Below are positions 25,201 through 34,674 of a stretch of DNA of 42,834 nt, in pieces. The stretch spans positions 1 through 42,834 of the forward strand of contig JAUCBJ010003054.1 of the NCBI GenBank assembly GCA_032718475.1, in the 5' to 3' direction. The DNA comes from Nemertoderma westbladi (taxonomy: Eukaryota; Animalia; Xenacoelomorpha). The position numbers were made by a program, and so were the translations under genes. The notes beneath the pieces were generated by a model. The model was not told the origin of the DNA. It saw only the letters and a program-made list of their open reading frames with translations, and did no database searches. The first letter of the stretch is position 1; each line of letters begins with the position of its first letter.

Positions 25201-25858
25201 TGTAGACTTTGATCGATTTTATACCATCTAATAACTCACTCATCAATGTTATTCGTTTGTCAGTCAATTGTGTCGCCTTACTTCGTAATCGTGAAAATAA
25301 CTTTGCAAATCCCAAACTTAACGGTATGGTTAACATCATAAGACATATCCCAAAAATACCAGACCACCCCAGGTAGTAAAACATCAAAGGTAAACTAATT
25401 AGTACTGTGGTTGGGGCAGAAACCAGGCAATTCCCAAATAATGCAAAAGTATCAAATCGTCCAACATCTGATGACAAGATATTGGTTATCTGACCGATCG
25501 TTGTGCTTTGGATTCCTGCTGCGTCTAATGTAAGTAGTTTAGAATAAATAAGAGCACTGCACCCAACTCTAACCTTGATTGATAATAGTTTAGAATAGAA
25601 AGATGCGTTTGTAGATGATAGTATTGATGAGAAAGAAGCTAATCCAATGATGAGGCAATCGACCAATGCTCTTTCCCGTGTAATAGTGCTGTCTATTTGT
25701 AAATAGTACTCAATTAATCGTTGCAGAAATACTACTTTAACCAAAAGGCAAAGTTCGTGAAAAGTTTCAAAGAAACTGCACATAAGGAACTCCATTAAAT
25801 AGGTTCTTATTAATGTTTTCATGATATTAAACTTTCCCTTGGTTCCTCCTTCCACAGT
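22259..25858 (-). CDS. ABCC4: ABCC subfamily (MRP4/ABCC4-like) ABC transporter, exon 2 (TMD1-NBD1-TMD2-NBD2)
   Basis: Open frame of 1199 codons plus stop. NBD1: GPVGSGKSS, LSGGQK, YLMDDPLSAVD. NBD2: GRTGAGKSS, LSVGEKQL, LIDEATSSID, IAHR. ABCC motifs FFHKNSAGGILNRFSKD and SVERI. Preceded by acceptor TTGCAG (25864-25859). Orthology to ABCC4 is likely, not proven. Confidence 0.93.
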   Translation of the reverse strand, partial: TVEGGTKGKFNIMKTLIRTYLMEFLMCSFFETFHELCLLVKVVFLQRLIEYYLQIDSTITRERALVDCLIIGLASFSSILSSTNASFYSKLLSIKVRVGCSALIYSKLLTLDAAGIQSTTIGQITNILSSDVGRFDTFALFGNCLVSAPTTVLISLPLMFYYLGWSGIFGICLMMLTIPLSLGFAKLFSRLRSKATQLTDKRITLMSELLDGIKSIKVYSWEKLFEDAVKIARTKEFSQINTMTSCRVFYTVIMFFYVNIVTFCVFVLYTSIGFKLNIITVLTINIVLSSLISSLIGFAKAVRECGELQCSFQRINAFIGFSCELFFVEELERSAKDRNMAYCLLDPKDVVVNVENISGRWCTKNTAHNISFRAYFGEIVYVIGPVGSGKSSLLQAILGELPIETGSIEKYGKMAYVSQTPFIFSGTVRDNILMGQMFEQEWYDRVIELSCLTMDLLIFKDGDNTLVGEKGISLSGGQKLRIAMARAVYSRANIYLMDDPLSAVDRRVAKNLVDNCLKHCQSRGIVIMVTHLLQIIPENSIIVSLYASDANLTQNNMDISSDTSKSEEDNNLTNNYEYEVKVDNKFSNILDNSREAIIERKIMASSSSTFIEFIKAGLNLPRLIVLILTLMLAYIFISLSDYFLATWAMLGSLKNTHNGSNINIIKQFISESIWIDIVFAYAYLIFSYVFWGTISVFSVYTITLGASNNLHNKIIKTVSCAPMAFFHKNSAGGILNRFSKDLAILDNIIPDLCADMAHYICRCSFAILLSGIANPWTLMISIPIIIIVISIRMHLMKTLKQVKLLEGSARTPVFQHASDTIEGRDVIKAFDVQAIYVKSFFNHLDKHTESLHMVYKIHSLLAISVSMSYAIYSIIVLIITLYMDSFVSKEILCIAISYVFGLVNVVVNLIQISAKLEINLTSVERILNFAKLDQEKAFYNPDVKLPIDWPNTGVISFKDVKLTYGDNEVLHGINFVTRPFEKIGIVGRTGAGKSSLFTVLLRLVEPQGIIMIDDVDITEIGLHDLRKSIAVIPQDPFLFQGTLRYNLDPFNEFGSIEIIKALEYVYLKTSLELRLDPSYCPITQNIENIDVLNFKIETCGNNLSVGEKQLVCLARAMLRNCKVVLIDEATSSIDQFTDGIIQKIISNSFSKATVLTIAHRVNTIVNCNRIIVMSEGKIEEFEETKRVLKNNNIYRTSIR

Positions 25859-25982
25859 CTGCAATGTATAATGTATAAAATGAATACTATAATTTTAATA
25901 CAATATCATCACATCGAATGTACATTAACTGATGGTTACTACTTGTATTATATTGGAGACATATGTGAATGTAAGTTTGCAT

Positions 25983-26194
25983 GACGTGACGCCGTGCCGT
26001 AGTTGTGGGCCCATAGGCTGCAGTCGTAGGCCTGTAAGCCCATAGGCTAATGATCATCCTGACTTAAAGTTATATTATTGGAAATAAGCTGCAAAGCTTT
26101 AGGGGTTATCCTTTGTTATGTTGGGCAATACTTACTATACATTAATTGTATCGAGTTAATGTATTGGTTTCTATTGTTTGCATAATATATAAAT
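25983..26194. repeat. ~210-bp direct repeat, copy at the 3' end of the CRE-like element
   Basis: Near-identical to 28411-28621 (CCGTGCCGTAGTTGTGGGCCCATAGG...CATCCTGACTTAAAGTTATATTATTGGAAATAAGC...GTTTGCATAATATATAAAT). Confidence 0.95.
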
Positions 26195-27877
26195 CACATA
26201 TCGAATTTATTATTCCATTAATAAAATATAAAATCAGGCGAAGCACAAATGATCACAAATTAATTAAGTAGAATAATTAAGATTGAAGCACAGGTTAACA
26301 ATGAATATTTACAATAAAGAAACAGGTATGTAATCAGTACATATCTGGGTCAACACCCCGAATCCCCACCCAATCCCCAAACCCGAGGCCCCGTCACGGC
26401 CTCCTACCACCCTGGAGGCACAGAGAGGTCGCCCAAAGGAGACCAAACTGCAGCCGCCGCCTCACCGCACCCAAAACCTCTCCCAAACCCCGCTGTCTCA
26501 TCCCGACCCTCTTAGAGCATAGGGTCTCCGCAAAGGTGCCGGATGAATACAGCCGCCTCCGCACTCCACACACCGTCGGTGGAACACCAACGGGGTGAAG
26601 TGCATCCTGAGGGATCCTGGTAGTGGGCCCGCTTGACCCGCTCCCTCTGGGCGAGTAAGGTCTCCGTTGAGGCGTTGGAGCGAACATAGGAAGTGGCGAT
26701 ACGTCGAAAGACGCCTCTAACTGGTTCGCCCAAACACCCCTGGATACCAAATCCGCCCTTACCCCCTCCACCGCCTGCCCATCCGAGACCAGGTGACCTT
26801 CGGCCAGGGTGACCTCCCGCTCGACATTAGTCGCACCGATGGCCTCCGCAAGAAGGTCACCAAACACGTCCCGGATCTCATTGTGCCGGCGAATAACTAG
26901 CCCTCCGACCTTGCAGCTGAGAGTGTGCGCAGTGTCGAAGGGCTCGCCGCAGCCATCGCAGTTTACTGCAAGGTCTGGGGGCGCCATACTATACCACAAC
27001 GCAAGGTTGTCCCGAAAAGACTGCGGGTCCAGGTCGGTGTGGTCTATGGGTGAGGGTTACGCGGAGAGCCATCCACCAATCTTGTATTTCTCTGCCCGGC
27101 TGACAGTTCGCCGCCGATCAGGTGGGAACGCCGCCAGAGATGCCTCGAATTTGGCCTTACAGGCGGCGTCCTGTGTCTGTCGACACTCGACAAGGGCTGT
27201 CTTGAGGCAGGCGATGTGGTCAGCGACGTGGAGACGCCCGCCAGTCTCTATGGCCTCCACAACCCTCGCAGTACCGGAAGTCGATGCGAGATGGGCCGGC
27301 CCGGATTGCTTGATGGGGTCCCGGATGCCCAGACCACCATGTTGGACCGGGAGAAGCAGGAGCCGATCGAGGGCCGGGCTGGGGGTCGAACCAAAGAGAG
27401 AGGGGATGTATCGGTTGACCAACATCGACCGGATCGGAGAGAGTTCTGACTCATGTGGCTTGCACACCCGGAGGATGTAGTCCCACTCAGCTTGCAGACA
27501 GTGGCTCATCGCTGAGTGGGCTGTCTGAGGGAACTCTGTCGCGACGTCCGCTAGGATGTCGATGGACTTCGTCCAGCCAGACACCTTCTCCACTAGAAAC
27601 GCCCGCTTGCCAACGGAGTCACCAACATAGCCTCCAAGAAAGCGGTGGCCGTGAGATATCCGGACACCGCTGGAGCCGAATATCTTATGGGCAGCGTCTT
27701 CCAGTCCATGTTTGATAACCAACTGGCTCTTACTTGGCTCGGGGAAGTATCCGATTGAGGGGCTGAATTCTTTCAGCATCAACCACCACCGATGTACAGC
27801 TGTTAGTCTGCCAACAGCCGAGGCGTCGTCAGCGTACCAACACTGGCAGCAGTCCGAGCGCTTGTTGCATGGTTCTT

Positions 27878-28412
27878 GCATCGCCGGTGAAGTCGGGGGA
27901 ACGACTGAGTCCGTTAGGGGCGCGACATCAGCCTGCACCGCCGGTGAAGTCCGAGAAACGTCTGAGTCTGTTACGGGCGCGACAACCGCCTGCACCGCTG
28001 GTGAAGTCGGAGGAACGACAGACTCAGTTACTGGCGCGACAACTGCCTGCACCGCTGGTGAAGTCGGAGGGACAATCGAGTGCGTTATGGGCGCGACAAC
28101 TGCCTGCAATGCCGGTGAAGTCAGGGGAACAATTGAGTCCGTTACGGGCGCGACTGACGCCTGCACCGCTGGTGAAGTCGGAGGAATGACCGAGTCTGTT
28201 ACTGGCGCGACAACCGCCTGCACCGCCGGTGAAATCAGGGGAACAATCGAGTCCATTAAGGGCGCGACAAACGCCTGCACTTGCACTGCCGGTGAATTCG
28301 GATGAACGACCGAGTCCGTTGCAGGCGCGACAACCGCCTGCACCGTCAGTGAGGTCGGAGGAACGACCGGGTCCGTTAGGGGCGCGATAACAGCCTGCAC
28401 CGCCGGTGAAGT
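27878..28412 (-). repeat. 60-bp coding tandem repeat, ~9 copies (PPTSPAVQAVVAPVTDSVV)
   Basis: GCCTGCACCGC(C/T)GGTGAAGTCGGAGG recurs every 60 bp, in frame in ORF 27057-28442. Confidence 0.92.
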
Positions 28413-28621
28413 CGTGACACCGTGCCGTAGTTGTGGGCCCATAGGCCCGTAAGCCCATAGGCTGCGGCCGTAGGCTAATACTCATCCTGACTTAAAGTTA
28501 TATTATTGGAAATAAGCTGCAAAGCTTTAGGGGTTATCTTTGTTATGTTGGGCAATACTTACTATACATTAATTGTATCGAGTTAATGTATTGGTTTCTA
28601 TTGTTTGCATAATATATAAAT
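28411..28621. repeat. ~210-bp direct repeat, copy at the 5' end of the CRE-like element
   Basis: Matches 25983-26194 and overlaps the ORF start at 28442. Confidence 0.95.
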
Positions 28622-29118
28622 AAATCTATCTATCTATAACATTATAACATTTTATTAGTTGCTACAAAAGTAACTACTGTACAAACTACATAGTCTCTAT
28701 AATTGGTCACATTGTTAAATTACAATCTAACTGTAGACTGGAAAAATGTACATTGCTGACGTACTTATTACGTGCATTTCAGAATGTTACGGATGGAGAA
28801 ATGGACACATCAACTATCGATGTTGAGTGAGGTTTACTCGTTAAACAATCATCTACCAATATTAGAGCATCTATATTCGGAACTTCAAATTGCAGATGGG
28901 GGGGGGGGGGGGGGGGGGGGGGGGAACTGGATCGGTACCGAGCCCCACCAGTGGTGAAGCTGTGACATTCACTGGGGATGGGTTTGTTTATGGTGTGGTA
29001 GATATATTTGTTTATTTTAATTGCAATTTTCTAGAAGTCTATTTTTTTGCAATGTTTGCTTTATATTAATTATATCTATCAGGATCTCAGATAGGGGGGA
29101 AACTTGATGCAATAAAAA

Positions 29119-29299
29119 CTCATCCCTCTCCAGGGGAAATTGGACGCAAATAACAGCTGATTACTCTCACAAATAAAACTGTAACCTGTTCTATTGTGTT
29201 TAGTTTATTATCTGGAACCTGCTCCTTTCCCTAAATTGAGAATTTTACATTGAGGCGGGAGATTAATTCGTAAAGATGGGATTTGCCCCCTGTCTCTCA
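29119..29299 (+). repeat. Dispersed ~200-230 bp repeat, copy 3 (in the ABCC intron)
   Basis: Colinear similarity to 20461-20676 with an internal deletion. Confidence 0.8.
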
Positions 29300-29456
29300 A
29301 ATTGAAACAATAAATAATCGTCAAGAAATGTTGTTAAGTCATAAGATTGACAATGGATTGCCAGATTAAAGGAATTAGATCACATCCCTCAGTCTTCTGA
29401 GGTAAATATTTATTCTTCATCATCCTACATTAATAATAACATAATAGTTTACTCAC

Positions 29457-29633
29457 CTTCTCTTTTAAACTTCCAAGTAAATTTTTGTATTGATGATCAG
29501 CTGTTAAGTTATCAGGTAGTGGCCTAAAGAAATCATCGCTAGTAATTTGTCTTTTTGATTGAATTTGCAAAAAAGGCAAAAGTTTGTAGAATGAAGAAAA
29601 CAAATAATTTGCCTTCATATTATTGCCTTTCAT
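29457..29633 (-). CDS. ABCC4: ABCC4-like transporter, exon 1 (lasso/L0 motif)
   Basis: MKGNNMKANYLFSSFYKLLPFLQIQSKRQITSDDFFRPLPDNLTADHQYKNLLGSLKEK resembles the ABCC lasso (AN..S..F.WL.P......KR.L..DD....P). It ends AAG|GTGAGT (donor at 29456), phase 0, in frame with exon 2, giving ~1258 aa. A further upstream exon cannot be excluded. Confidence 0.85.
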
Positions 29634-29775
29634 TGTTTCCCTTTGTGGTCCCTTTAACAATGAATAATAATATTAGCGGCTTACTTAAATCAAAGCTATG
29701 CAATGTGTAGTAAATTCACAACTAAATTCTGACTTAATTAATCACAACACATTAACTACAATGTAGTAACATCTT

Positions 29776-29807
29776 ACTACTACTACAAGGTCGAGCGAGC
29801 TCGGACA
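29776..29807 (-). mobile_element. Extremely 5'-truncated RTE LINE tail
   Basis: ACTACTACTACAAGGTCGAGCGAGCTCGGACA is the reverse complement of the LINE 3' end TGTCCGGGTTCGCTCGACCTTGTAGTA (38389-38415). Possible TSD AACATCTT at 29768-29775 and 29838-29845. Confidence 0.75.
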
Positions 29808-30774
29808 ATCCTTTGACATCTATATAAACTTCTAACAAACATCTTCATTACTTTTAGTGTTTAAGTAACATCCATTACATAACAATTACTTACTGTACGT
29901 ACATGTTGTCAATATTATGGTTAATTAAGATATTATATTTCCTTGGTAGATACAGTAAACAGGCTGGCGAGAGCTAACATGGAGGTCTTCCTGAAAGACC
30001 CCTCCCTATATTCAATTGTATTTTAATAATTTAAATTTATGAAAGTCTAGAAAGTGTCTAACAAATTAATTAGAAACGGTTTATAGCGCTACTGATATCT
30101 TCGATAATAATAGTACAGGCAAGGCCATAGTAATATATTACGGTGGCCTTGGTACAGGGTAGTATTGTTTATTAGTAGCAAATACAAAAATTACTTAGAT
30201 AAACTGTAACTAAAGTTGATATAACACTTATGGGTTTATCAGTTAATTAATCATTTCGTGGGTGTGTTCGGGAATTACATAAGATATGAAAGCTAATCAT
30301 ACCAAACATGGGTTCACTAAAACTAACATACAATTATGATTTTATTGCATTACTCTGGCATCTTCGGGAAAGTTGCGTTTCGTGGACGTTCGTGCGTTTC
30401 GTTTCGTCATATTTCCAAGCTAAGGCGTGCCGGGGGGGGGGGGGGGGGGGGTGTGTGTTTTCGACAAACTTAATTCCACATCCACTTCGTTTGTTAACAA
30501 ACCAGGTATTCCCCCGAGAACATGTATAGTCGATCGCTGTAGTGAAAAACCAGGAAAGATGTACTTTGACTATATTGGTCCCCTTCAGATCATAGGCAAA
30601 CAATATCCCTATTGTGTGTTTGTAATTTTTTGCATACCAGGTGATAGCCCTCACACGCTCACTGAAATGAATAAAATCGAATAGTTTAATGTAAGTAACT
30701 GTTCAGCTGAATGGTTTTTTAGTTATTGCGTACTGCTGACTGTAGAGTTGAATGCTCTAAAAGTTGTTGCTCTA

Positions 30775-31215
30775 ATAGCGAATAGAGTGGATATGACCGA
30801 CCAAATGATCGCATCCTGCAGAGCTGTGCGGAAAATTCAAACTTGGTTCGTGAAACTCGGAATACATTTCCTACAACGGCTAGCATTGAACAGTTTTATA
30901 AGATTCCGTGCAGATAGGAAACCAAAGCATTTCAGATTTTATGAATTCATGTTAGATGTTGTGGATCACCTAACACAAGTTCCCACAAAGGCGATCCGAC
31001 ACCCTACTAAGACTCCTTTGGCACTTCCTAGGAGCACTGAAATTGAACCTCCCCGCCACAAGTTAGTAAAACTTGATCCAACTCAGAAAGTAAAACATCC
31101 TCAAAGGCGGTGTCGATTATGCTGGGGAAGCAAAAAGGTTAAAAAAATCCCAATATGTTTGTCCTCTATGCTCTGATAAACCTGGGCTTTGTATTTCGTG
31201 CTTCACAGACTATCC
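30775..31215 (+). pseudogene. piggyBac (PGBD) transposase C-terminal relic
   Basis: RVDMTDQMIASCRAVRKIQTWFVKLGIHFLQRLALNSFI (GVDxxDQ..RK..W..K). Cys-rich tail QRRCRLCW...frameshift...SQYVCPLCSDKPGLCISCFTDY. TTAA/TIR ends were not identified. Confidence 0.85.
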
Positions 31216-32453
31216 GCCTCATCATTAGTGCATATTGTTTCTTTCATTTTGTGTCTGAGTATGTTTTTTGTGTAAGTCAATAATAATATTATAATGAAAA
31301 ATGTATTTGATATTTCTTATAACATTCTTATAAGAATATTTTGGAGTGATCTTCTCGCAGCGCGATAGCCTTGTGGTCAAAGGCGTGTGAATTGTAAAAT
31401 GTAGGTCAAGTACCAGGTTTGTGTGTAATTCTGTCGTTTTTTGCAATATATTTCTTTGGCAAATTTATATTTTTCTAATATTTAAAAAGTTAGAAAATAT
31501 TCATTTTTTCAGAAAATTATTATCTTTTTTGACGGGGTAACCCTGACATGTGAAGGTATAACTCTAAAATTATACATGGTAGCGATATAAGATTTGTACA
31601 AGTTGATTCTACATTAAATTCTCTACAAAAATGGTGAAAACAATGTTTTTTCCGGAGCATTAGAACCAACATTTTTCTAAAGACCGGGCCGCTTTATTAC
31701 TTAATGTACAGTAGCTACACTGGCATAACCGAAGCAATAAACGGGCTTCATGTTACCGAATCATTGTTTGCGTTGTTTGAGTTGATTTTTTCCAGGTTGG
31801 ATTTTTTAAAGCATTATGAGTTCCCAAATATAACAACACTAAAGGTATTGCATAAAATAACATTATTATTGGTATCATTATCATCATCATCATCATCTCT
31901 ATAACTCATAAATTGCGATCGAGTAAAATGATTTCTTGAAACTATCGGAGTTTTTTAACAAACGTTATAATTCGCATTGCTTTTGCATAAATATTTTTGT
32001 CAAATTCAGTTTAGACATTCTCATGTGTCACGGGGTTCGTGTCACTAAATTGAGGCAATATTAAACTAAGATGTAAATAAAGTCCCCAAAAATTTATAAA
32101 TTATAGTTATAAATTACTGTTTCTATGGAGTTAACAGCTTAACAAAACTGCAATGTGCGACATTTGGTTTATAAACAACAATCCTTGTTACTATAACTTG
32201 GCTTTACTTTACTTTACTTTAGAACCGGACGAGAACGCTTTACATATCTCGCCAATTTGAATTGAACTGTATATCATCGTCGTATACCGGTGCATCAGCA
32301 TCAGCATCAGCATCGCGTTATTTTGTGTTTTTCCTACGTACCACAATTAGGGAAAAAACAACAATTAATATTTTTAAGCATTAATTGGAAAAACGAATGT
32401 AATAATGTATTCGGGTTATTTACCTACTGTAATATACAGTACAGTATAAAACA

Positions 32454-34445
32454 TTATGACTCATGAATTGAATGAATTCTGCCACCAAATTTATTTCTAA
32501 TATTTGATTTTACTCTGCATATCGCTAAAGCGGCGCGGCTTCTTGACACTGTTAATGAGCCTTTTCTTTTCTGTAATCTAAGTGATGGAAGTGGCGACGG
32601 ACTTTGAGACACATTTGTGCTGCTCACTGGACTCCCCATCACGGTATCGATGCGCAAATACGTAAATTCAGGCGGCGGCTCAACGCTCATCAATTGCGGA
32701 CTTGCGGGTTTTGAAGGTACCAGTGGAGACAGGCTTGCGCTGCTTATTGGACTTCCAATAACTGATTCCAATCGCAAATACTTCAAATCGGTTTCATCAT
32801 TCGCTCCAAAACTATGTCGACCGGACGTCATTGATGCATCTGAAGATACTTTCATTACACTCACTGGAGTCCCACGAACTGTATCTAGAGGCAAATACTT
32901 CAGGTCAAGAGGTGGTGAACTGGTCAGAGAAGATGCAGAGTTCGATCCGATATGATTAATACTCTCAACTGAATTAGAATGACATGTAATTGTTGGAATG
33001 GATTTCCCTATATCGCTCAGCTGCAGCTGTTGTAACAGTTGCCCTTGAGCTTTTGTTCGATTTGTAGTTTGGACGTCAAAAGTTTGATTATTAGAAATCG
33101 GAGAAATTTGTTGAAAATATGGCGTCGATAGGCGGAGATTAACTTCATGATTAATTTCAGGATTGTGTATCTGTTCCTTAACACCCGATTGCTCTGTAGT
33201 GGGGTAAATATTGGTAATAGTATCATCGCTAATATAATTTGTGCACACTATTTCTGGAGTTGGAACAGGTATTTTGTCAGCGAAAGTCGTCTGATACTGG
33301 CCAATACTGTCAAGTTTGATTTCAGGAGGCAAACATTTAGTTTTTTCGGGAGAAAGAACGAACGGCATGTCGTTCCCGTCATTCTGACTATTTCCCTTTG
33401 AATTGCAAAATAACCTATTTAGATCAGAAAATAATAAAACATTTCTATGTAGTTTTGAAACCCGCTTGGCGCTTCCAGTTTTCATGATCTCAAATTTTGT
33501 CACCTGACGACGAAATATTGCCGCCAATAATACATCAAAAATCGGTCTTGCGCTACTGATTAACTGTAGAGCACGCAAATTAATATATGTCGATTTTGTA
33601 TTGCAATATGATTGAATGTCCGAATCATATACATTATCATAGAAACCAGCACATTCCATTCCAATTAAATGTCTGATATATATAGCTTCAAATAGCCACG
33701 TCAATATAGCCAACGACAACAATATTAGAGAAATATCCATCATGTGCGTTGTTTCTTTTGAATAGTCCTTTGAGGATTTGAAGAGTTGCAACACGTTAAA
33801 TTTCCAATCTGCTAATTTCTTAGATACGAGACCAGCACTTTTACAATAACGCATTTTACAAATTAATTTTAGTGATATACTAAGGCAACATATCGCAATA
33901 AACACACCTCCAAATGTTGAATTGATTTCATCTTTGGCTAACAAACTCATATTCATCTCGCTTTCAAGACTATATGAAAGAACTGCGGCAGATAAAGAAA
34001 TCCCCCAAATTGATGATGCAGTTATTGACAACACAAGTATTGGCCAAACCTTCTTGAGATAATCGACCAGGATTATCAGAAACAAACTTATAATTGCAGA
34101 GAAGATACGAGTGGGTCTTATAAAAGCGATTAAACTAGTAATTGTAGCTTTCTGTCTGTCAATAAGTTTAATATTGAGAGGCAAGATGCCAACTAGAAAG
34201 TTTTCAATGAGACAAATAAGGTCACTCAATGTTAGACAATATATTATTATACGGAGTGTCGTTGTATCACAGTATAAAACCTGTGATAATCTATAGATAT
34301 ATAAAATGCGACATATAAATACAAATGCAGAAAAAATAACCAGGACCAGCACAAAATGAATTGTCGAAAATACTATTTCATATGTTTGTAATTCTTCTGA
34401 TGCCGTTTCGTTATCCATGGAAATGTTCCATAATACTGCGTCCAT
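32454..34445 (-). CDS. Intronless divergent class A (rhodopsin-like) GPCR-like protein with long Ser/Pro-rich C-terminal tail, 663 aa
   Basis: ATG-initiated ORF with N-terminal sequons NIS and NET and seven hydrophobic segments in the first ~310 aa. Degenerate motifs: LTLSD (TM2), VDY (DRY position), IW (TM4), TWLF (CWxP position), SSARPIF..FRR (TM7/H8). Confidence 0.7.
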   Translation of the reverse strand: MDAVLWNISMDNETASEELQTYEIVFSTIHFVLVLVIFSAFVFICRILYIYRLSQVLYCDTTTLRIIIYCLTLSDLICLIENFLVGILPLNIKLIDRQKATITSLIAFIRPTRIFSAIISLFLIILVDYLKKVWPILVLSITASSIWGISLSAAVLSYSLESEMNMSLLAKDEINSTFGGVFIAICCLSISLKLICKMRYCKSAGLVSKKLADWKFNVLQLFKSSKDYSKETTHMMDISLILLSLAILTWLFEAIYIRHLIGMECAGFYDNVYDSDIQSYCNTKSTYINLRALQLISSARPIFDVLLAAIFRRQVTKFEIMKTGSAKRVSKLHRNVLLFSDLNRLFCNSKGNSQNDGNDMPFVLSPEKTKCLPPEIKLDSIGQYQTTFADKIPVPTPEIVCTNYISDDTITNIYPTTEQSGVKEQIHNPEINHEVNLRLSTPYFQQISPISNNQTFDVQTTNRTKAQGQLLQQLQLSDIGKSIPTITCHSNSVESINHIGSNSASSLTSSPPLDLKYLPLDTVRGTPVSVMKVSSDASMTSGRHSFGANDETDLKYLRLESVIGSPISSASLSPLVPSKPASPQLMSVEPPPEFTYLRIDTVMGSPVSSTNVSQSPSPLPSLRLQKRKGSLTVSRSRAALAICRVKSNIRNKFGGRIHSIHES

Positions 34446-34674
34446 ATTATTTCAGTTTAACTATAATATAGTATTTTAATAGTATATTATTATTAATAGT
34501 AATTTATTAATATACTTAAAGTACGCCCTACTGTTATGTATTTTGTGTAGCCAATAATTATTTGAACTATTAGAGAAAATTCCGCTAGTTGTACAATTTT
34601 TATTATAATTATAATTAAATGGGCACCGGTAGCCTATGAAATATCAGATTGGCATTACTATGTTATGGGTACCC

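Larger units (their letters stand above)
26195..28621 (-). mobile_element. CRE-clade non-LTR retrotransposon (RT + restriction-like endonuclease), internally deleted, in the ABCC intron
   Basis: WYADDASAVG, GYFPEPSKS, RFLGGYVG, LPVQHGGLGI (ORF 27057-28442). CDGCG..H.LSCKVGGLVIRRHNEIRD and RADLVSRGVW...ASFDV are the Zn-knuckle plus PD-(D/E)xK-type REL (ORF 26394-26999). RT motifs upstream of YADD are missing. Visibly much more GC-rich than its flanks. Confidence 0.88.

Noticed and set aside
25859-25864. TTG start of the 1201-aa ABCC ORF
   Set aside because: TTGCAG is the splice acceptor; the real N-terminus is in the upstream exon.
26809-28485. Plus-strand and alternate-frame ORFs over the CRE element
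   Set aside because: Shadow ORFs caused by high GC content and the 60-bp repeat; no independent motifs.
28411-28621. Spliced-leader or snRNA gene as the CRE target repeat
   Set aside because: A GTAAGT is present on the minus strand, but I find no Sm site or recognisable SL/snRNA sequence, and the repeat overlaps the element's ORF start.
31530-32045. Possible inverted ends (TGACGGGGTAACCCTGACATGTGA vs TCATGTGTCACGGGGTTCGTGTCA) or piggyBac termini
   Set aside because: The match is too loose and there is no TTAA-CCC end or TSD, so boundaries cannot be supported.
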